From the NCBI GenBank assembly GCA_038078555.1, contig JBBTYQ010000003.1, forward strand, positions 397 through 64,396: a stretch of 64,000 bases of DNA, given 5' to 3'. This document shows positions 1 through 10,001 of the stretch, piece after piece. The stretch's first letter is position 1; every line of letters starts with the position of its first letter. The notes below the pieces were generated by a model that saw only the letters and a list, made by a program, of their open reading frames with translations, had not been told where the DNA came from and ran no database searches. The translations under genes and the position numbers were made by a program. Source of the stretch: Patescibacteria group bacterium. Lineage in GTDB: Bacteria > Patescibacteriota > Minisyncoccia > UBA6257 > UBA9933.

Positions 1-435
1 ATCAAAAGTAACATTGGTACTGCCAGTTGCTAAGGCCTTAAAATTTACACTAGCCAGAACTCCTGTACCGGAATAAGTTAAACCAGTTCCAACGGTCTGA
101 GAAAATTGAATCCGACCGTTTATAACATCAACCGTATTAATATTGGTGATAGACATTAACGACCCGGGACTTATTTGAACGCCGGCTGACAGACTATTCG
201 CATCCTGAACTTCAAGTAGAGCGGGATTATAATTAAGATAGCGAATATCAGCGCCATCTACTTGAGCGCCTGAAGTATTCAAAATCAAGCTGACATTAAA
301 AATATTGCCAACCGTAATAGTGCTTGAAACCGAAGGCGACAACGAAAGCGTAGCCGCTTCGGCATGATAAACGAAAATAACGGCAAAAAACGCCGCTAAA
401 ATAAAAAATAATATTTTTTTACGATTACTTATCAT
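1..435 (-). CDS. Secreted cohesin-like beta-sandwich domain protein (3' end cut by window edge)
   Basis: The minus-strand frame is open from ATG 435-433 to position 1. It translates MISNRKKILFFILAAFFAVIFVYHAEAATLSLSPSVSSTITVGNIFNVSLILNTSG..., a signal peptide followed by a beta-rich domain. It is absent from the ORF track because no stop lies in the window. Its start overlaps the upstream stop by 1 nt. Confidence 0.6.
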   Translation of the reverse strand, partial: MISNRKKILFFILAAFFAVIFVYHAEAATLSLSPSVSSTITVGNIFNVSLILNTSGAQVDGADIRYLNYNPALLEVQDANSLSAGVQISPGSLMSITNINTVDVINGRIQFSQTVGTGLTYSGTGVLASVNFKALATGSTNVTFD

Positions 436-1088
436 TATTTAATAATTAATTTCAAATTTCGCACACCATCTAAAATATCTCTTCCAAGGGAAGAAACATT
501 GGAATCAAAGGTTGAATTTTCAGTAAAATCAATTTTTATTTCCGTTTCACCTTCTTCCAATGCTTGAAAACTAAGTGTTGCAATCCTGCCGTTTGTACCG
601 ACAAATTCTCTAAGTGGCCTCGACAAAGCGGAAAAAATTATTTTACCCATTTCTTCGTCAACTTTGAAATACGGGAAAATATCAAAAGCGGAAAATTCTG
701 TATTAAGATATCTTAACACGGAATCAGGACCGGAAGAGTTGCCTTCTCTTAATTCTAAAAATGAAGGGTCGTACTGAAGAAACACATCAACGCCGCCTAC
801 TTTTTTTAAAGGCGCGTCAAGCGCAACAACTACATTAATAGTATCTCCTATTTTGTAATTTTCCTGATAAAAGGGCTTCTCCGGAATTAGCGAAAGAACA
901 ACTCTTTTCGAGGAGGTATTGCTCTCAAAACTATTGCCAAGTTCTTCAATATTTAAAATTGTAAAAATATAAGCAAAATAAAGCAAAATCAAAACTCCGA
1001 TTCCTAAAAGCGCTACTAAGACAATAAAAAAAATATTAGCCGGCCCTTCGCTGATATGAATATGCCTTTTAAGCTGTTCTTTTATCAT
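435..1088 (-). CDS. Membrane-anchored cohesin-like domain protein
   Basis: 217 aa. It has an N-terminal TM helix (IFFIVLVALLGIGVLILLYFAYIF). The following beta-rich domain (INVVVALDAPLKKVGGVDVFLQYDPSFLEL) resembles the downstream partial gene. TATAAT at 1097-1102 lies 8 nt before the ATG. Confidence 0.6.
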   Translation of the reverse strand: MIKEQLKRHIHISEGPANIFFIVLVALLGIGVLILLYFAYIFTILNIEELGNSFESNTSSKRVVLSLIPEKPFYQENYKIGDTINVVVALDAPLKKVGGVDVFLQYDPSFLELREGNSSGPDSVLRYLNTEFSAFDIFPYFKVDEEMGKIIFSALSRPLREFVGTNGRIATLSFQALEEGETEIKIDFTENSTFDSNVSSLGRDILDGVRNLKLIIK

Positions 1089-1142
1089 TTGCTTTTATTA
1101 TAGACCAAAACGATACTTAAGCAAAATAACTTATCCCCAACT

Positions 1143-2252
1143 TTATTTTCCAAGTTCTTTCTTAAGTTCTTCCAGAAGATCCTTAACTTTAGAACTTATT
1201 TTCTTGGGTGTCTTAATTGACATTTCCACTATCAAACTGCCGCGGTCTTTGCCTCCAAAATGAAGCATGCCCTCATTGGGAATTTTTAAATTATGATGCA
1301 AGTCAAAATCATGAGGAATTTCCATACTTATTTTTTTTCCGGAAATAGTCGGCAACTCAATTTTACTGCCCAGCAACACATCCAGTAAATCAACCTCTTT
1401 TTTTATGTAAAGATCATTAAACTCCCTCTTAAATATAAGATGGGGTTTGACCCTAATTCTTACATAAAGGTCGCCCCCTTCAGCGCCGCGTTCGCCCGCT
1501 TCTCCGGCAGCCTTAATATGAATTATTTGATCGCTCTGAACGCCCGGCAGAATTTCCAATTTAATAACCCGCTCACCGCCAACTTTTCCTAATCCGCGAC
1601 ATTTTTCACAAGTTTTTTTCGGAATTTGACCCGTGCCAAAACATTCCTTGCATTGCCTGACTTGAGTAAAGTCCCCAAAAAATGTTTTTCGCGATTCTTT
1701 AATTTCTCCCTGGCCGCCGCAAGTTAAGCATTTTTCCAATCCGGCTTTAACATCATATCCCCTTCCTTCACACTTATCGCATTTTATTTCCGTTCGATAA
1801 CGCAATTCTTTAATTGTGCCGTAATAAGCTTCCTCCAAAGTAATTTCTTGGACTATTTCAATGTCAGCGCCTCGGCGGTAAGTTTTTCTTTTTTGCTTTA
1901 CGCCCATACCTTCAAAAAAAGCGTCAAAAATATCGCCTAAATCAGCCATGTCGCCAAAGGCTGTTGAGTCAAATTCAAAACCAAATCCCGAAGAAAACGG
2001 CTTTTGGGAAAAATCAAATCCTCCGGCTCCAGGACCAGCTGTTCCTTCAAAAACTTTGCCATATTTATCATATTGAGCTTTTTTTTCTTTATTCGATAGC
2101 ACCTGATAAGCCTCATTTATTTCTTTAAATTTTTTCTCGTCTCCGCCTGATTTATCCGGATGATATTTATGAGCCAATTTTCTGAAAGCCTTTTTTATTT
2201 CTTCTTCCGAGGCGCTCTTATTAATATCAAGAATTTTGTAATAATCTTTCAT
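1143..2252 (-). CDS. dnaJ: Chaperone DnaJ
   Basis: 369 aa. It has a J domain with HPD (KYHPDK), a G/F linker, and four CxxCxGxG zinc repeats (CDKCEGRG, CLTCGGQG, CKECFGTG, CEKCRGLG). Confidence 0.96.
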   Translation of the reverse strand: MKDYYKILDINKSASEEEIKKAFRKLAHKYHPDKSGGDEKKFKEINEAYQVLSNKEKKAQYDKYGKVFEGTAGPGAGGFDFSQKPFSSGFGFEFDSTAFGDMADLGDIFDAFFEGMGVKQKRKTYRRGADIEIVQEITLEEAYYGTIKELRYRTEIKCDKCEGRGYDVKAGLEKCLTCGGQGEIKESRKTFFGDFTQVRQCKECFGTGQIPKKTCEKCRGLGKVGGERVIKLEILPGVQSDQIIHIKAAGEAGERGAEGGDLYVRIRVKPHLIFKREFNDLYIKKEVDLLDVLLGSKIELPTISGKKISMEIPHDFDLHHNLKIPNEGMLHFGGKDRGSLIVEMSIKTPKKISSKVKDLLEELKKELGK

Positions 2253-2329
2253 AAAGCTTATTAGCTTGATAGCTTATTAGTTTGTAGCTTGGCAGAACTA
2301 AAAACCAATAAGACTAATGAACTAAAATA

Positions 2330-3334
2330 TTATTTAAGCACTATAATTTCCCTGCTTCTTCCCTCTAATATTACCACAGCAAAATCAATTGCTAAAAGTA
2401 TCTCAAAAATCACGTAAGCTAATAAGGAGATAACCCAGCGAATCGGTAAAGCAAAACCCTCTATAATTAAGAAGATAAGCATAGCCACTCCAAAAAGAAC
2501 AAGAGTTCTGGCGTTTTTGGGCAATTGACTGAATTTTTGGCTAAGCAAATCATAAACTGCATCGGAAATTTTAAGCTCCGAATTAAAGTTTTCACCGAAA
2601 TAAACGGCTAATCTTGCTTCAAATTCGCCGGCCGATTGATTAATAAGCCGATTTTTTTCTGATTCCGATAAAAGTTTAGCCTGAGGCAAATTATTAAGCT
2701 GGTCTTTGGCAGAATTAAAAGCAAATTCCTTAATTGAGTAGGACGGGTTAAAAGCCGGATAAAAATTTTTAACAATTGCTGAACTGGAGAAAAAAATATC
2801 TTCAAAATACGCTTTTGGAAAAACAAAGCCGCTACCAACCGTACTTACGTAAGAAAAACTGAAAAATATCGCTAAAGCAGCAATAGCCTTGGGCAAAACA
2901 ACTTTACTGACACGCCAAAAATTAATTTTAAGCATATTATCCATTTCTTTTTTTGCGCTCCAATAAGCCAGAAATAAAAGCAAAGTCGCAACTACTGCGC
3001 TTCCCGAAACAAATAAATTAATCTCTCCGTAAAATCCAGCTATTAAAATCAAACCCTCAATCGATATAATTAAAATTGACCGCCAAAAATCTTTTATAAA
3101 AATGCTTTGCAGAAGAACACTTATTGAAAACAAAAAAGCAGCTCCCGCGGAAATCGAAACAAACAATAAATTTCCGCGGGAAAAAAATAAATTCAAAAAA
3201 TAACTGAAAATCAGGGAAAAAACAATTCCAAAAATCGCTAAAACTATTATTTTGGAAAGCGACTGGTCAACTTCAGCGCCATCAGTGTGATGGCCGAGTA
3301 ATTCTCTATCATTTATCAGTCCCAGGGGTTCCAT
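2330..3334 (-). CDS. Polytopic membrane protein, unknown function, embedded in the dnaK operon
   Basis: 334 aa with many hydrophobic helices and no family I recognise. It overlaps the dnaK 3' end by 26 nt, so the true start may be an alternative codon further in. Confidence 0.6.
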   Translation of the reverse strand: MEPLGLINDRELLGHHTDGAEVDQSLSKIIVLAIFGIVFSLIFSYFLNLFFSRGNLLFVSISAGAAFLFSISVLLQSIFIKDFWRSILIISIEGLILIAGFYGEINLFVSGSAVVATLLLFLAYWSAKKEMDNMLKINFWRVSKVVLPKAIAALAIFFSFSYVSTVGSGFVFPKAYFEDIFFSSSAIVKNFYPAFNPSYSIKEFAFNSAKDQLNNLPQAKLLSESEKNRLINQSAGEFEARLAVYFGENFNSELKISDAVYDLLSQKFSQLPKNARTLVLFGVAMLIFLIIEGFALPIRWVISLLAYVIFEILLAIDFAVVILEGRSREIIVLK

Positions 3335-5135
3335 CTTCCTTATTATACATTGATTGACCGATTTTTTGAAGCTCGGAGGAAAGTTCGTTTAATTTTAATT
3401 TAATGGCTTCTAAATCATTTCCGTCCTTGATGGATTTTAAAGCTTCTATTTTTTGATTTACGGAATCTTTTATTTCAGCGCTTATTTTTTCGCCGGCTTC
3501 GCGCAAAGATTTTTCCGCAAGATAAATTGATTGTTCCGCTTGATTTTTTATTTCCACAAGCTCTTTCTTCCTGCGATCTTCTTCCGCGTGAGCCAAAGCT
3601 TCATTTTTTAATTTTTCAACTTCTTCTTTGGAAATTTGAGTGGAGGCTTCAATATGCACCGATTGAATCTTATTTGTAGCTTTGTCTTTAGCGGAGACAT
3701 TTAAGATGCCGTTTGCGTCTATGTCAAACGTCACCTCAACCTGAGGCAAGCCGCGGGGCGACGGCGGAATGCCATCTAAAATAAACCGCCCCAAAGTTTT
3801 GTTATCTAAAGCCATGGGCCGTTCTCCTTGAAGAATATGAATTTCCACTGATGTCTGATTATCGCCGGCAGTAGAAAAAACTTGGGATTTGGCCGTAGGA
3901 ATAGTAGTGTTTTTTTCAATTAACGGAGTAAAAACTCCGCCTAATGTTTCTATGCCCAAAGAAAGCGGCGTAACATCCAAAAGCAAAATATCTTTTATTT
4001 CGCCCTGGAATATTCCCGCTTGCACTGCCGCGCCTATTGCCACAACTTCATCCGGATTAATTCCTTTATGAGGTTCTTTGCCGAAAAATTTTTTAACCGC
4101 TTCTTGGATAGCCGGCATTCTAGTTTGCCCTCCGACTAAAATAAATTCATTAATGTCGGAAACTTTAAGATGAGCCTCGTCAATGGTCTTTTTTATAAGC
4201 TCAATTGATTTAGCAATATAGTCAGTTACAAGCTCTTCAAGTTTTGCCCTCGTCATTTTCATTAAAAAGTGCTTTGGTCCGGCAGCATCAGAGCTGATAT
4301 AGGGAATGTTTATTTCTGTTTCAAACGCGGTAGAAAGTTCGTGTTTTGCCCGCTCAGCCGCTTCTTTAAGCCTTTGAATAGCCAATGGGTCTTTGGAAAT
4401 ATCTATGCCTTCCTGTTTTTTATATTCGGCAACAAGATATTCTATAATTCTTTTATCAAAATCATCTCCGCCTAAATGAGTATCGCCGCCCGTACCTTTG
4501 ACCTCAACCACATCATCGCCGATTTCTAAAATAGAAATATCAAAAGTTCCTCCGCCAAAATCATAAACAACGATTTTTTCGTTTTTCTGCTTGTTTAAGC
4601 CGTAAGCCAAAGCCGCGGCAGTAGGCTCATTGATAATCCGGCGCACTTTTAAGCCGGCAATTTCTCCGGCGTTTTTAGTTGCCTGCCTCTGAGAGTCATC
4701 AAAATAAGCCGGAACGGTAATAACCGCTTCTTCAATTTTCTCGCCCAATTTTGCCTCAGCATCTGTTTTAAGTTTTGCTAAGACCATCGCGGAAATTTCT
4801 TCGGGTTTATACCACCTATCGCCCATTTTCACATCCACTCCGCCCTGATCAGATTCTTTTATATCAAACGGAAACCAAACTTTGTCATGTTGAACTTCTG
4901 GGTCGGAAAATTTCCTACCGATTAATCTTTTTACGGAAAAAATCGTATTTTTCGGATTAACAACCGATTGGCGTTTAGCTAAAACTCCAGCCAACCGTTC
5001 ACCTGACTTGCTTAAAGCAACAACCGAAGGCGTGGTTCTGGCTCCTTCATGATTTTCCAAAATTTTCGGCTCGCCTGCTTCAATTACAGCCATTGCCGAA
5101 TTAGTTGTTCCTAAATCTATACCTAAAATTTTCAT
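3309..5135 (-). CDS. dnaK: Chaperone DnaK (Hsp70)
   Basis: 608 aa with Hsp70 signatures [17 protein letters not shown] and [10 protein letters not shown]. Confidence 0.98.
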   Translation of the reverse strand: MKILGIDLGTTNSAMAVIEAGEPKILENHEGARTTPSVVALSKSGERLAGVLAKRQSVVNPKNTIFSVKRLIGRKFSDPEVQHDKVWFPFDIKESDQGGVDVKMGDRWYKPEEISAMVLAKLKTDAEAKLGEKIEEAVITVPAYFDDSQRQATKNAGEIAGLKVRRIINEPTAAALAYGLNKQKNEKIVVYDFGGGTFDISILEIGDDVVEVKGTGGDTHLGGDDFDKRIIEYLVAEYKKQEGIDISKDPLAIQRLKEAAERAKHELSTAFETEINIPYISSDAAGPKHFLMKMTRAKLEELVTDYIAKSIELIKKTIDEAHLKVSDINEFILVGGQTRMPAIQEAVKKFFGKEPHKGINPDEVVAIGAAVQAGIFQGEIKDILLLDVTPLSLGIETLGGVFTPLIEKNTTIPTAKSQVFSTAGDNQTSVEIHILQGERPMALDNKTLGRFILDGIPPSPRGLPQVEVTFDIDANGILNVSAKDKATNKIQSVHIEASTQISKEEVEKLKNEALAHAEEDRRKKELVEIKNQAEQSIYLAEKSLREAGEKISAEIKDSVNQKIEALKSIKDGNDLEAIKLKLNELSSELQKIGQSMYNKEDGTPGTDK

Positions 5136-5272
5136 TTTTTCTTTGAGGTGTCGGGTTTTGGCGTTAGGTGTTTAAAATTAGAAATTAAGTGTCGGGTTTT
5201 GGGCGTTGGGTTAAAACCTAAAACCTAAAAACTAAAACCTAAATAAAAAACCTAAAACCTACAACCTACAAC

Positions 5273-5779
5273 CTATTTACTAACTTTTACCCTCGCAGGT
5301 TTAATTAATTTACCATTTAGAAAATATCCCTTTTCAATTTCTTCAATAATAGTGCCGTGCGGCTTATCCGAATCAATTGACACAATTGCTTCATGATACT
5401 TAGGATTGAAAATTTCGCCAATTATAACATTCACTTTTTCCAATCCGTTTTGTTTCATTACGTCGTTTAACTGACTTAAAATTAAATAAATGCCTTTGTC
5501 AACATTGCCGTTCTTTTCTAAGGAACTCAAAGCCAAGTCAAAACTGTCTAAAACCAAAAGCAATTCTCTGATCAAGGATTCATTGGAAAATTTTGCAATC
5601 GTTTCAAAGCGCTTGGCTTCATCTTTTTTATAATTTATCAGTTCGGCTTTTGCCCTTTTCCAGCCATTAAGATATTCTTCGCGTTCTTTCTGACACCTCA
5701 AAAACTCATTTTCTTCTAAAGCTTCAACCGAAGTATCATTTTTCGCTTCTTCCTTGTCTTCATTTTTAACTTCGTCCAT
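5273..5779 (-). CDS. grpE: Nucleotide exchange factor GrpE
   Basis: 168 aa. It has an acidic N-terminus, a coiled-coil and a GrpE-like C-terminal beta domain (GTIIEEIEKGYFLNGKLIKPARVKVS). It lies directly upstream of dnaK. Confidence 0.9.
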   Translation of the reverse strand: MDEVKNEDKEEAKNDTSVEALEENEFLRCQKEREEYLNGWKRAKAELINYKKDEAKRFETIAKFSNESLIRELLLVLDSFDLALSSLEKNGNVDKGIYLILSQLNDVMKQNGLEKVNVIIGEIFNPKYHEAIVSIDSDKPHGTIIEEIEKGYFLNGKLIKPARVKVSK

Positions 5780-5785
5780 ACAATA

Positions 5786-5813
5786 ATTTTATATTTTAAA
5801 AATCTATTGTCAA
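5786..5813 (-). promoter_or_regulatory. Candidate sigma70-type promoter of grpE (TTGACA-N16-TAAAAT, 6 nt before ATG)
   Basis: On the minus strand, TTGACA is at 5813-5808 and TAAAAT at 5791-5786. The grpE ATG begins 6 nt after the -10 box, which implies a leaderless or near-leaderless mRNA. Confidence 0.5.
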
Positions 5814-5906
5814 GATGTTTTTTAAAAAAATTGAAAAAAAAATCCGCATTAACTATAATTAAATTAGCTACTTTACAAAAATTTTAATGCAAATTGGGAG
5901 GGTAAA

Positions 5907-6356
5907 ATGTGCAAAATAGTCAAAATCAAATCTTCTTTAGCGGTCGTTTTTTATGGAGAACTTGGCAATGAGAACAGATTGCTTGAAAAAAATTATAAAA
6001 CGCAAGCAACGATAGAACCTCAAGAAATATATCTTATAAACAGCGATAGAATGACCGATGTGGGAGTTTTTAACGGCAAAACATGTATTTTCCAATCATT
6101 TCACCTTAATTGCTGTTCTTGCCAAAGCTATTGCTCAGGAAAAAAGAACAAGGTCAAGGGCCATATAACAAAAAATAACAAATGGACTCTTTTTAACGTG
6201 CCTATTGTCGGACACAATACAAAGGCAAATTGTTACGCTTTTTTAGAATATCGCTTTATTGAAAAAAACGGACAGCGCGCCAATCACCATTACGGCCTTC
6301 CAATATTTTTCCATTCCTCCAAGCCCCCTCTTAGCTGGCCTCCAACAAATATTTAA
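5907..6356 (+). CDS. Hypothetical Cys-rich protein
   Basis: 149 aa containing CCSCQSYC. A strong SD (GGGAGGG) lies 4 nt upstream, and a hairpin with a T-run follows at about 6396-6432. I recognise no family. Confidence 0.55.
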   Translation: MCKIVKIKSSLAVVFYGELGNENRLLEKNYKTQATIEPQEIYLINSDRMTDVGVFNGKTCIFQSFHLNCCSCQSYCSGKKNKVKGHITKNNKWTLFNVPIVGHNTKANCYAFLEYRFIEKNGQRANHHYGLPIFFHSSKPPLSWPPTNI

Positions 6357-6477
6357 CCGAAATATTTAGCTCTATTTAGTTATAGCGCTAAAGCGCGATT
6401 CGTAAAATCCTCCCGCAATGCGAGAGGATTTTTTATGGACTTCATTTTCGTTTTCTGATAAAATAATGACGCTTAAA

Positions 6478-7836
6478 ATGATAAAATTATTCAATACAAT
6501 TACCGCTAAAAAAGAAATATTCAAGTCCTTAAAGAGAAACAGAGTAAGTATTTATACTTGCGGTCCGACTGTTTATTGGTATGCCCATTTAGGCAATTTT
6601 AAAACATATATTTTTGAGGATATCCTGCGCCGAACTTTAAAATATAACCGATATAAAATAAAACAAGTGATGAATATCACTGATGTTGAAGATAAAATCA
6701 TTAAAAAATCTCAAAGCGAGAGAAAAAGCATTTCTAGAATCACAGAACCTTATACAAAGATATTCTTTCATGATTTAAAAAAAATAAATATAGAAAAAGC
6801 CGAGTTTTTCCCCAAGGCAACCGACCATATCAAAGAAATGATTAATATCATTAAGACTCTCCTTAAAAAGGGCGTTGCTTATAAAGGGCTAGACGGTTCG
6901 ATTTATTTCAATGTTTCAAAATTTAAAAATTACGGCAAACTTTCTAAGCTTAATAAAAGAGAAATAATACTCGGCGCCCGAGTTTCGAGTGACGAATATA
7001 AAAAAGAGGAAGCGCAGGATTTTGTGCTTTGGAAATCAAAAAAACCAAATGAACCTTATTGGCCAAGCCCCTTTGGCGAAGGTCGTCCGGGCTGGCATAT
7101 TGAATGTTCGGCTATGGCTATAAAATATTTAGGAGCATCTTTTGATATTCACGCCGGGGCAGTTGATTTAATATTTCCGCATCATGAAAACGAAATTGCT
7201 CAGTCTGAGGCGGCTACCGGAAAGAAATTTGCCAACTATTGGATTCACGGAGAACATATTTTGGTTGACGGCCAAAAAATGTCAAAGTCATTGGGTAATT
7301 TTTATACTTTAAGAGATATAGAAAATAAAAAAATAAATCCTTTGGCTTTCAGATATTTTGTTCTCAATTCCCATTACAGATCCAAACTTAATTTTACCTG
7401 GCCAGCGCTCGAATCAGCTCAAAGCGCGCTAGATAATTTATATGAAATAATAAGCCAGTTAAAAAATACGGGCAAAAACAATAAAAAAATGGTAAATTTT
7501 TTTAAAGAAAACTTTTTAAAATCTATAAACGACGACTTAAATACTCCAAAAGCCTTGTCTGTTTTGTGGCAAATTATAAAAGAACCCCGTTTTTCAGATA
7601 AAGACAAAAAGCAATTAATTACGGAATTTGACAAGGTGCTTAGTCTCGGCTTATCCAGCATTAAACCGTTTAAAATACCTTTAAAAATCAAAGAATTAGC
7701 CGGGCAAAGGGAAATATTAAGAAATAATAAACAATTTATCCCCGCTGACACCTTGAGAAAAAAAATTGAGAGGTTAGGATACATCGTAGAGGATACCGAA
7801 AAAGGACCAAAAGTCCGAAAAATCATTAATCACTAA
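6478..7836 (+). CDS. cysS: Cysteinyl-tRNA synthetase
   Basis: Class I motifs are present: a HIGH variant (YAHLGNF) and KMSKS (QKMSKSLGN). The ORF track starts at 6418, but the CysRS-like N-terminus MIKLFNTITAKKEIF starts at ATG 6478, and a terminator hairpin overlaps 6396-6432. Confidence 0.93.
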   Translation: MIKLFNTITAKKEIFKSLKRNRVSIYTCGPTVYWYAHLGNFKTYIFEDILRRTLKYNRYKIKQVMNITDVEDKIIKKSQSERKSISRITEPYTKIFFHDLKKINIEKAEFFPKATDHIKEMINIIKTLLKKGVAYKGLDGSIYFNVSKFKNYGKLSKLNKREIILGARVSSDEYKKEEAQDFVLWKSKKPNEPYWPSPFGEGRPGWHIECSAMAIKYLGASFDIHAGAVDLIFPHHENEIAQSEAATGKKFANYWIHGEHILVDGQKMSKSLGNFYTLRDIENKKINPLAFRYFVLNSHYRSKLNFTWPALESAQSALDNLYEIISQLKNTGKNNKKMVNFFKENFLKSINDDLNTPKALSVLWQIIKEPRFSDKDKKQLITEFDKVLSLGLSSIKPFKIPLKIKELAGQREILRNNKQFIPADTLRKKIERLGYIVEDTEKGPKVRKIINH

Positions 7837-7888
7837 CTTTTATTTCCTAATCGTTAATCCCTATTTTCTATTCTCTATTTTTATTGCA

Positions 7889-9220
7889 ATGAACATTAAA
7901 CTTCCGCCCCAAGATTTAGAAGCAGAGCGCGCCGTATTAGGAGCGCTGATGATTGATAAAAGCGCCATTATTAAAGTGGCGGATTTAATTACGGCTGATG
8001 ATTTTTATCAGCCCGCTCATTCAAAAATCTATGACTGCGTGGTCGAGCTTTTTGAAAAAAACGAACCGATTGATATTTTAAGCATCACTAACCGGCTTAG
8101 ACACAAAAAACGGCTTGAAGAAGTCGGCGGTTCAAGTTATTTAACGGAACTTGTTAATTCAACAACCACCTCGGCCCATATTACTCATTTTTCCAAAATA
8201 ATCCGCAGCAAAAAAGTTTTGCGCGACCTGGTTGCCGCGTCATCAGACATCACTGACAAAGTTTTTGAAAATCCCGAAGATTCGGAATACTTACTTGATG
8301 AAATTGAACAAAAAATTTTATCTATCGCCCAAAAATCGAAACCTCAAAATGTTGTATTGATAAAAGACGAACTAAAAAGCGCTTATGAAAGAATTGAAAA
8401 GCTCCATCAAGGAGAGAAAAGACTAAGAGGCGTAACAAGCGGCTTTGAAGAGATCGACCACTATCTTTCCGGTTTTCAAAATTCTGACTTGGTGATTATA
8501 GGCGCCCGGCCATCGCTTGGAAAAACGACTTTTGCTTTGGACATTGCCAGAAATGCCGCAGAACACGGAAACGGAGTGGCTATATTTTCTTTAGAAATGT
8601 CACGCGAGCAAATCGTTGACCGCTTAATAGCAGCCGAAGCCCAAGTGCCTTTGTGGCAACTTAGAACCGGCCGATTAACCGATGAAATAGAATTTGAAAT
8701 GATTCAACAGGCGCTAGACCGATTGTCCCGATTGTCGATTTTAATCGATGATTCTCCTTCGCCGACAATTCTCCAGATTCGGGCAACAGCCAGAAGGCTT
8801 CAAGCGGAACATAAAAATTTAGGCCTTGTAATAGTTGATTATGTCCAATTAGTCATGCCAAGAACAAATTCAGAAAACACGGTTCAGCAATTTACCGAAG
8901 TAAGCCATGGCTTAAAATCTTTAGCCAGAGAGCTTAATTTGCCGGTAATTGCGGTATCCCAATTATCGCGGGCGGTTGACCAAAGAGAAGTTAAAATTCC
9001 CCGGCTTGCCGATTTAAGAGAAACCGGCGCGCTCGAACAAGATGCAGACGTAGTGATGTTTATTTACCGAAAAGACCGCGATAAACTAAACCCATCCTTG
9101 GAAGAAGAAAATACCGCTGAAATAATTATTGCCAAGCATAGAAACGGCCCCTTAGGAACCGTAACACTTAAATTCGACCCGGAAAAAGTAAGTTTTAAAT
9201 CAATCGACAAGGTTCATTAA
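7889..9220 (+). CDS. dnaB: Replicative DNA helicase DnaB
   Basis: 443 aa with the N-terminal PPQDLEAERAVLGALM, Walker A GARPSLGKT, and a RecA-like C-terminal domain. Confidence 0.96.
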   Translation: MNIKLPPQDLEAERAVLGALMIDKSAIIKVADLITADDFYQPAHSKIYDCVVELFEKNEPIDILSITNRLRHKKRLEEVGGSSYLTELVNSTTTSAHITHFSKIIRSKKVLRDLVAASSDITDKVFENPEDSEYLLDEIEQKILSIAQKSKPQNVVLIKDELKSAYERIEKLHQGEKRLRGVTSGFEEIDHYLSGFQNSDLVIIGARPSLGKTTFALDIARNAAEHGNGVAIFSLEMSREQIVDRLIAAEAQVPLWQLRTGRLTDEIEFEMIQQALDRLSRLSILIDDSPSPTILQIRATARRLQAEHKNLGLVIVDYVQLVMPRTNSENTVQQFTEVSHGLKSLARELNLPVIAVSQLSRAVDQREVKIPRLADLRETGALEQDADVVMFIYRKDRDKLNPSLEEENTAEIIIAKHRNGPLGTVTLKFDPEKVSFKSIDKVH

Positions 9221-9301
9221 TCTCAAATGCAATCTTTAATATATAATCTCTAATAATCGTTAATTACTTAATTGCCTAATTACTAAATTACTGATTTATT
9301 T

Positions 9302-9901
9302 ATGCTGCCTCAACAAATAAGAAATTTTATTGATATTTTTTCAAAGATGCCGTCAATCGGACCGAGACAAGCAACGCGGCTGGCTTTTAAATTGATCTCT
9401 ATCGGTAAAAATAAAATAGAAGAGACCAGTAAGGCAATTTCTGACTTAAAATATTTAAAAATTTGTTCAAATTGTTTTTTTGTGCATTCTAACCCTGAAA
9501 ATTTATGCAATATCTGCCTGGATAAACATCGCCGCCGAGATATTATCATGATAGTTGAAAAAGAGACTGATTTGATTTCTTTGGAGAAATCTAAAAAATT
9601 TAAGGGCCGGTATCTTGTTCTGGGAGAAATCATCAAGAGTGGCGTTTTAGAAAGCGCCCAAAAACTCCGCTTAAATAATCTAAAAACTTTTATTAAGAAA
9701 GAATCCGCCGGTCAAGTTGACGAAATTATTATCGCCATTAATCCCACGACCTACGGCGACCTTAATTCAATGATTATCGCCAAGGAGCTTGAAGGGCTTG
9801 CAAAAAAAATTACTCGTTTAGGCCGAGGTATTCCCACGGGCGGAGAAATTGAGTTTGCCGATGAAGAAACTTTAGCTCAAGCTCTCGAAAGAAGGATTTA
9901 A
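9302..9901 (+). CDS. recR: Recombination protein RecR
   Basis: 199 aa with an HhH N-terminus (PSIGPRQATRLAF), a C4 zinc finger (CSNC...CNIC) and a Toprim region. Confidence 0.94.
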   Translation: MLPQQIRNFIDIFSKMPSIGPRQATRLAFKLISIGKNKIEETSKAISDLKYLKICSNCFFVHSNPENLCNICLDKHRRRDIIMIVEKETDLISLEKSKKFKGRYLVLGEIIKSGVLESAQKLRLNNLKTFIKKESAGQVDEIIIAINPTTYGDLNSMIIAKELEGLAKKITRLGRGIPTGGEIEFADEETLAQALERRI

Positions 9902-9965
9902 AAACGGCTCAATAGCAAAAAGCACCTGAGCCGATTTCCTAAAAAGCCTAATGGATACTAATTAA

Positions 9966-10001
9966 AAATCGGCTCATCTAGAAAAACGCCTGAGCCGATT
10001 T
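9966..10001. terminator. Bidirectional hairpin built from TGAGCCGAT-family repeat copies
   Basis: AAATCGGCTCA (9966-9976) pairs with TGAGCCGATTT (9991-10001), giving an 11-bp stem between the convergent recR and dedA genes. A further copy is at 9927-9937. Confidence 0.6.
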
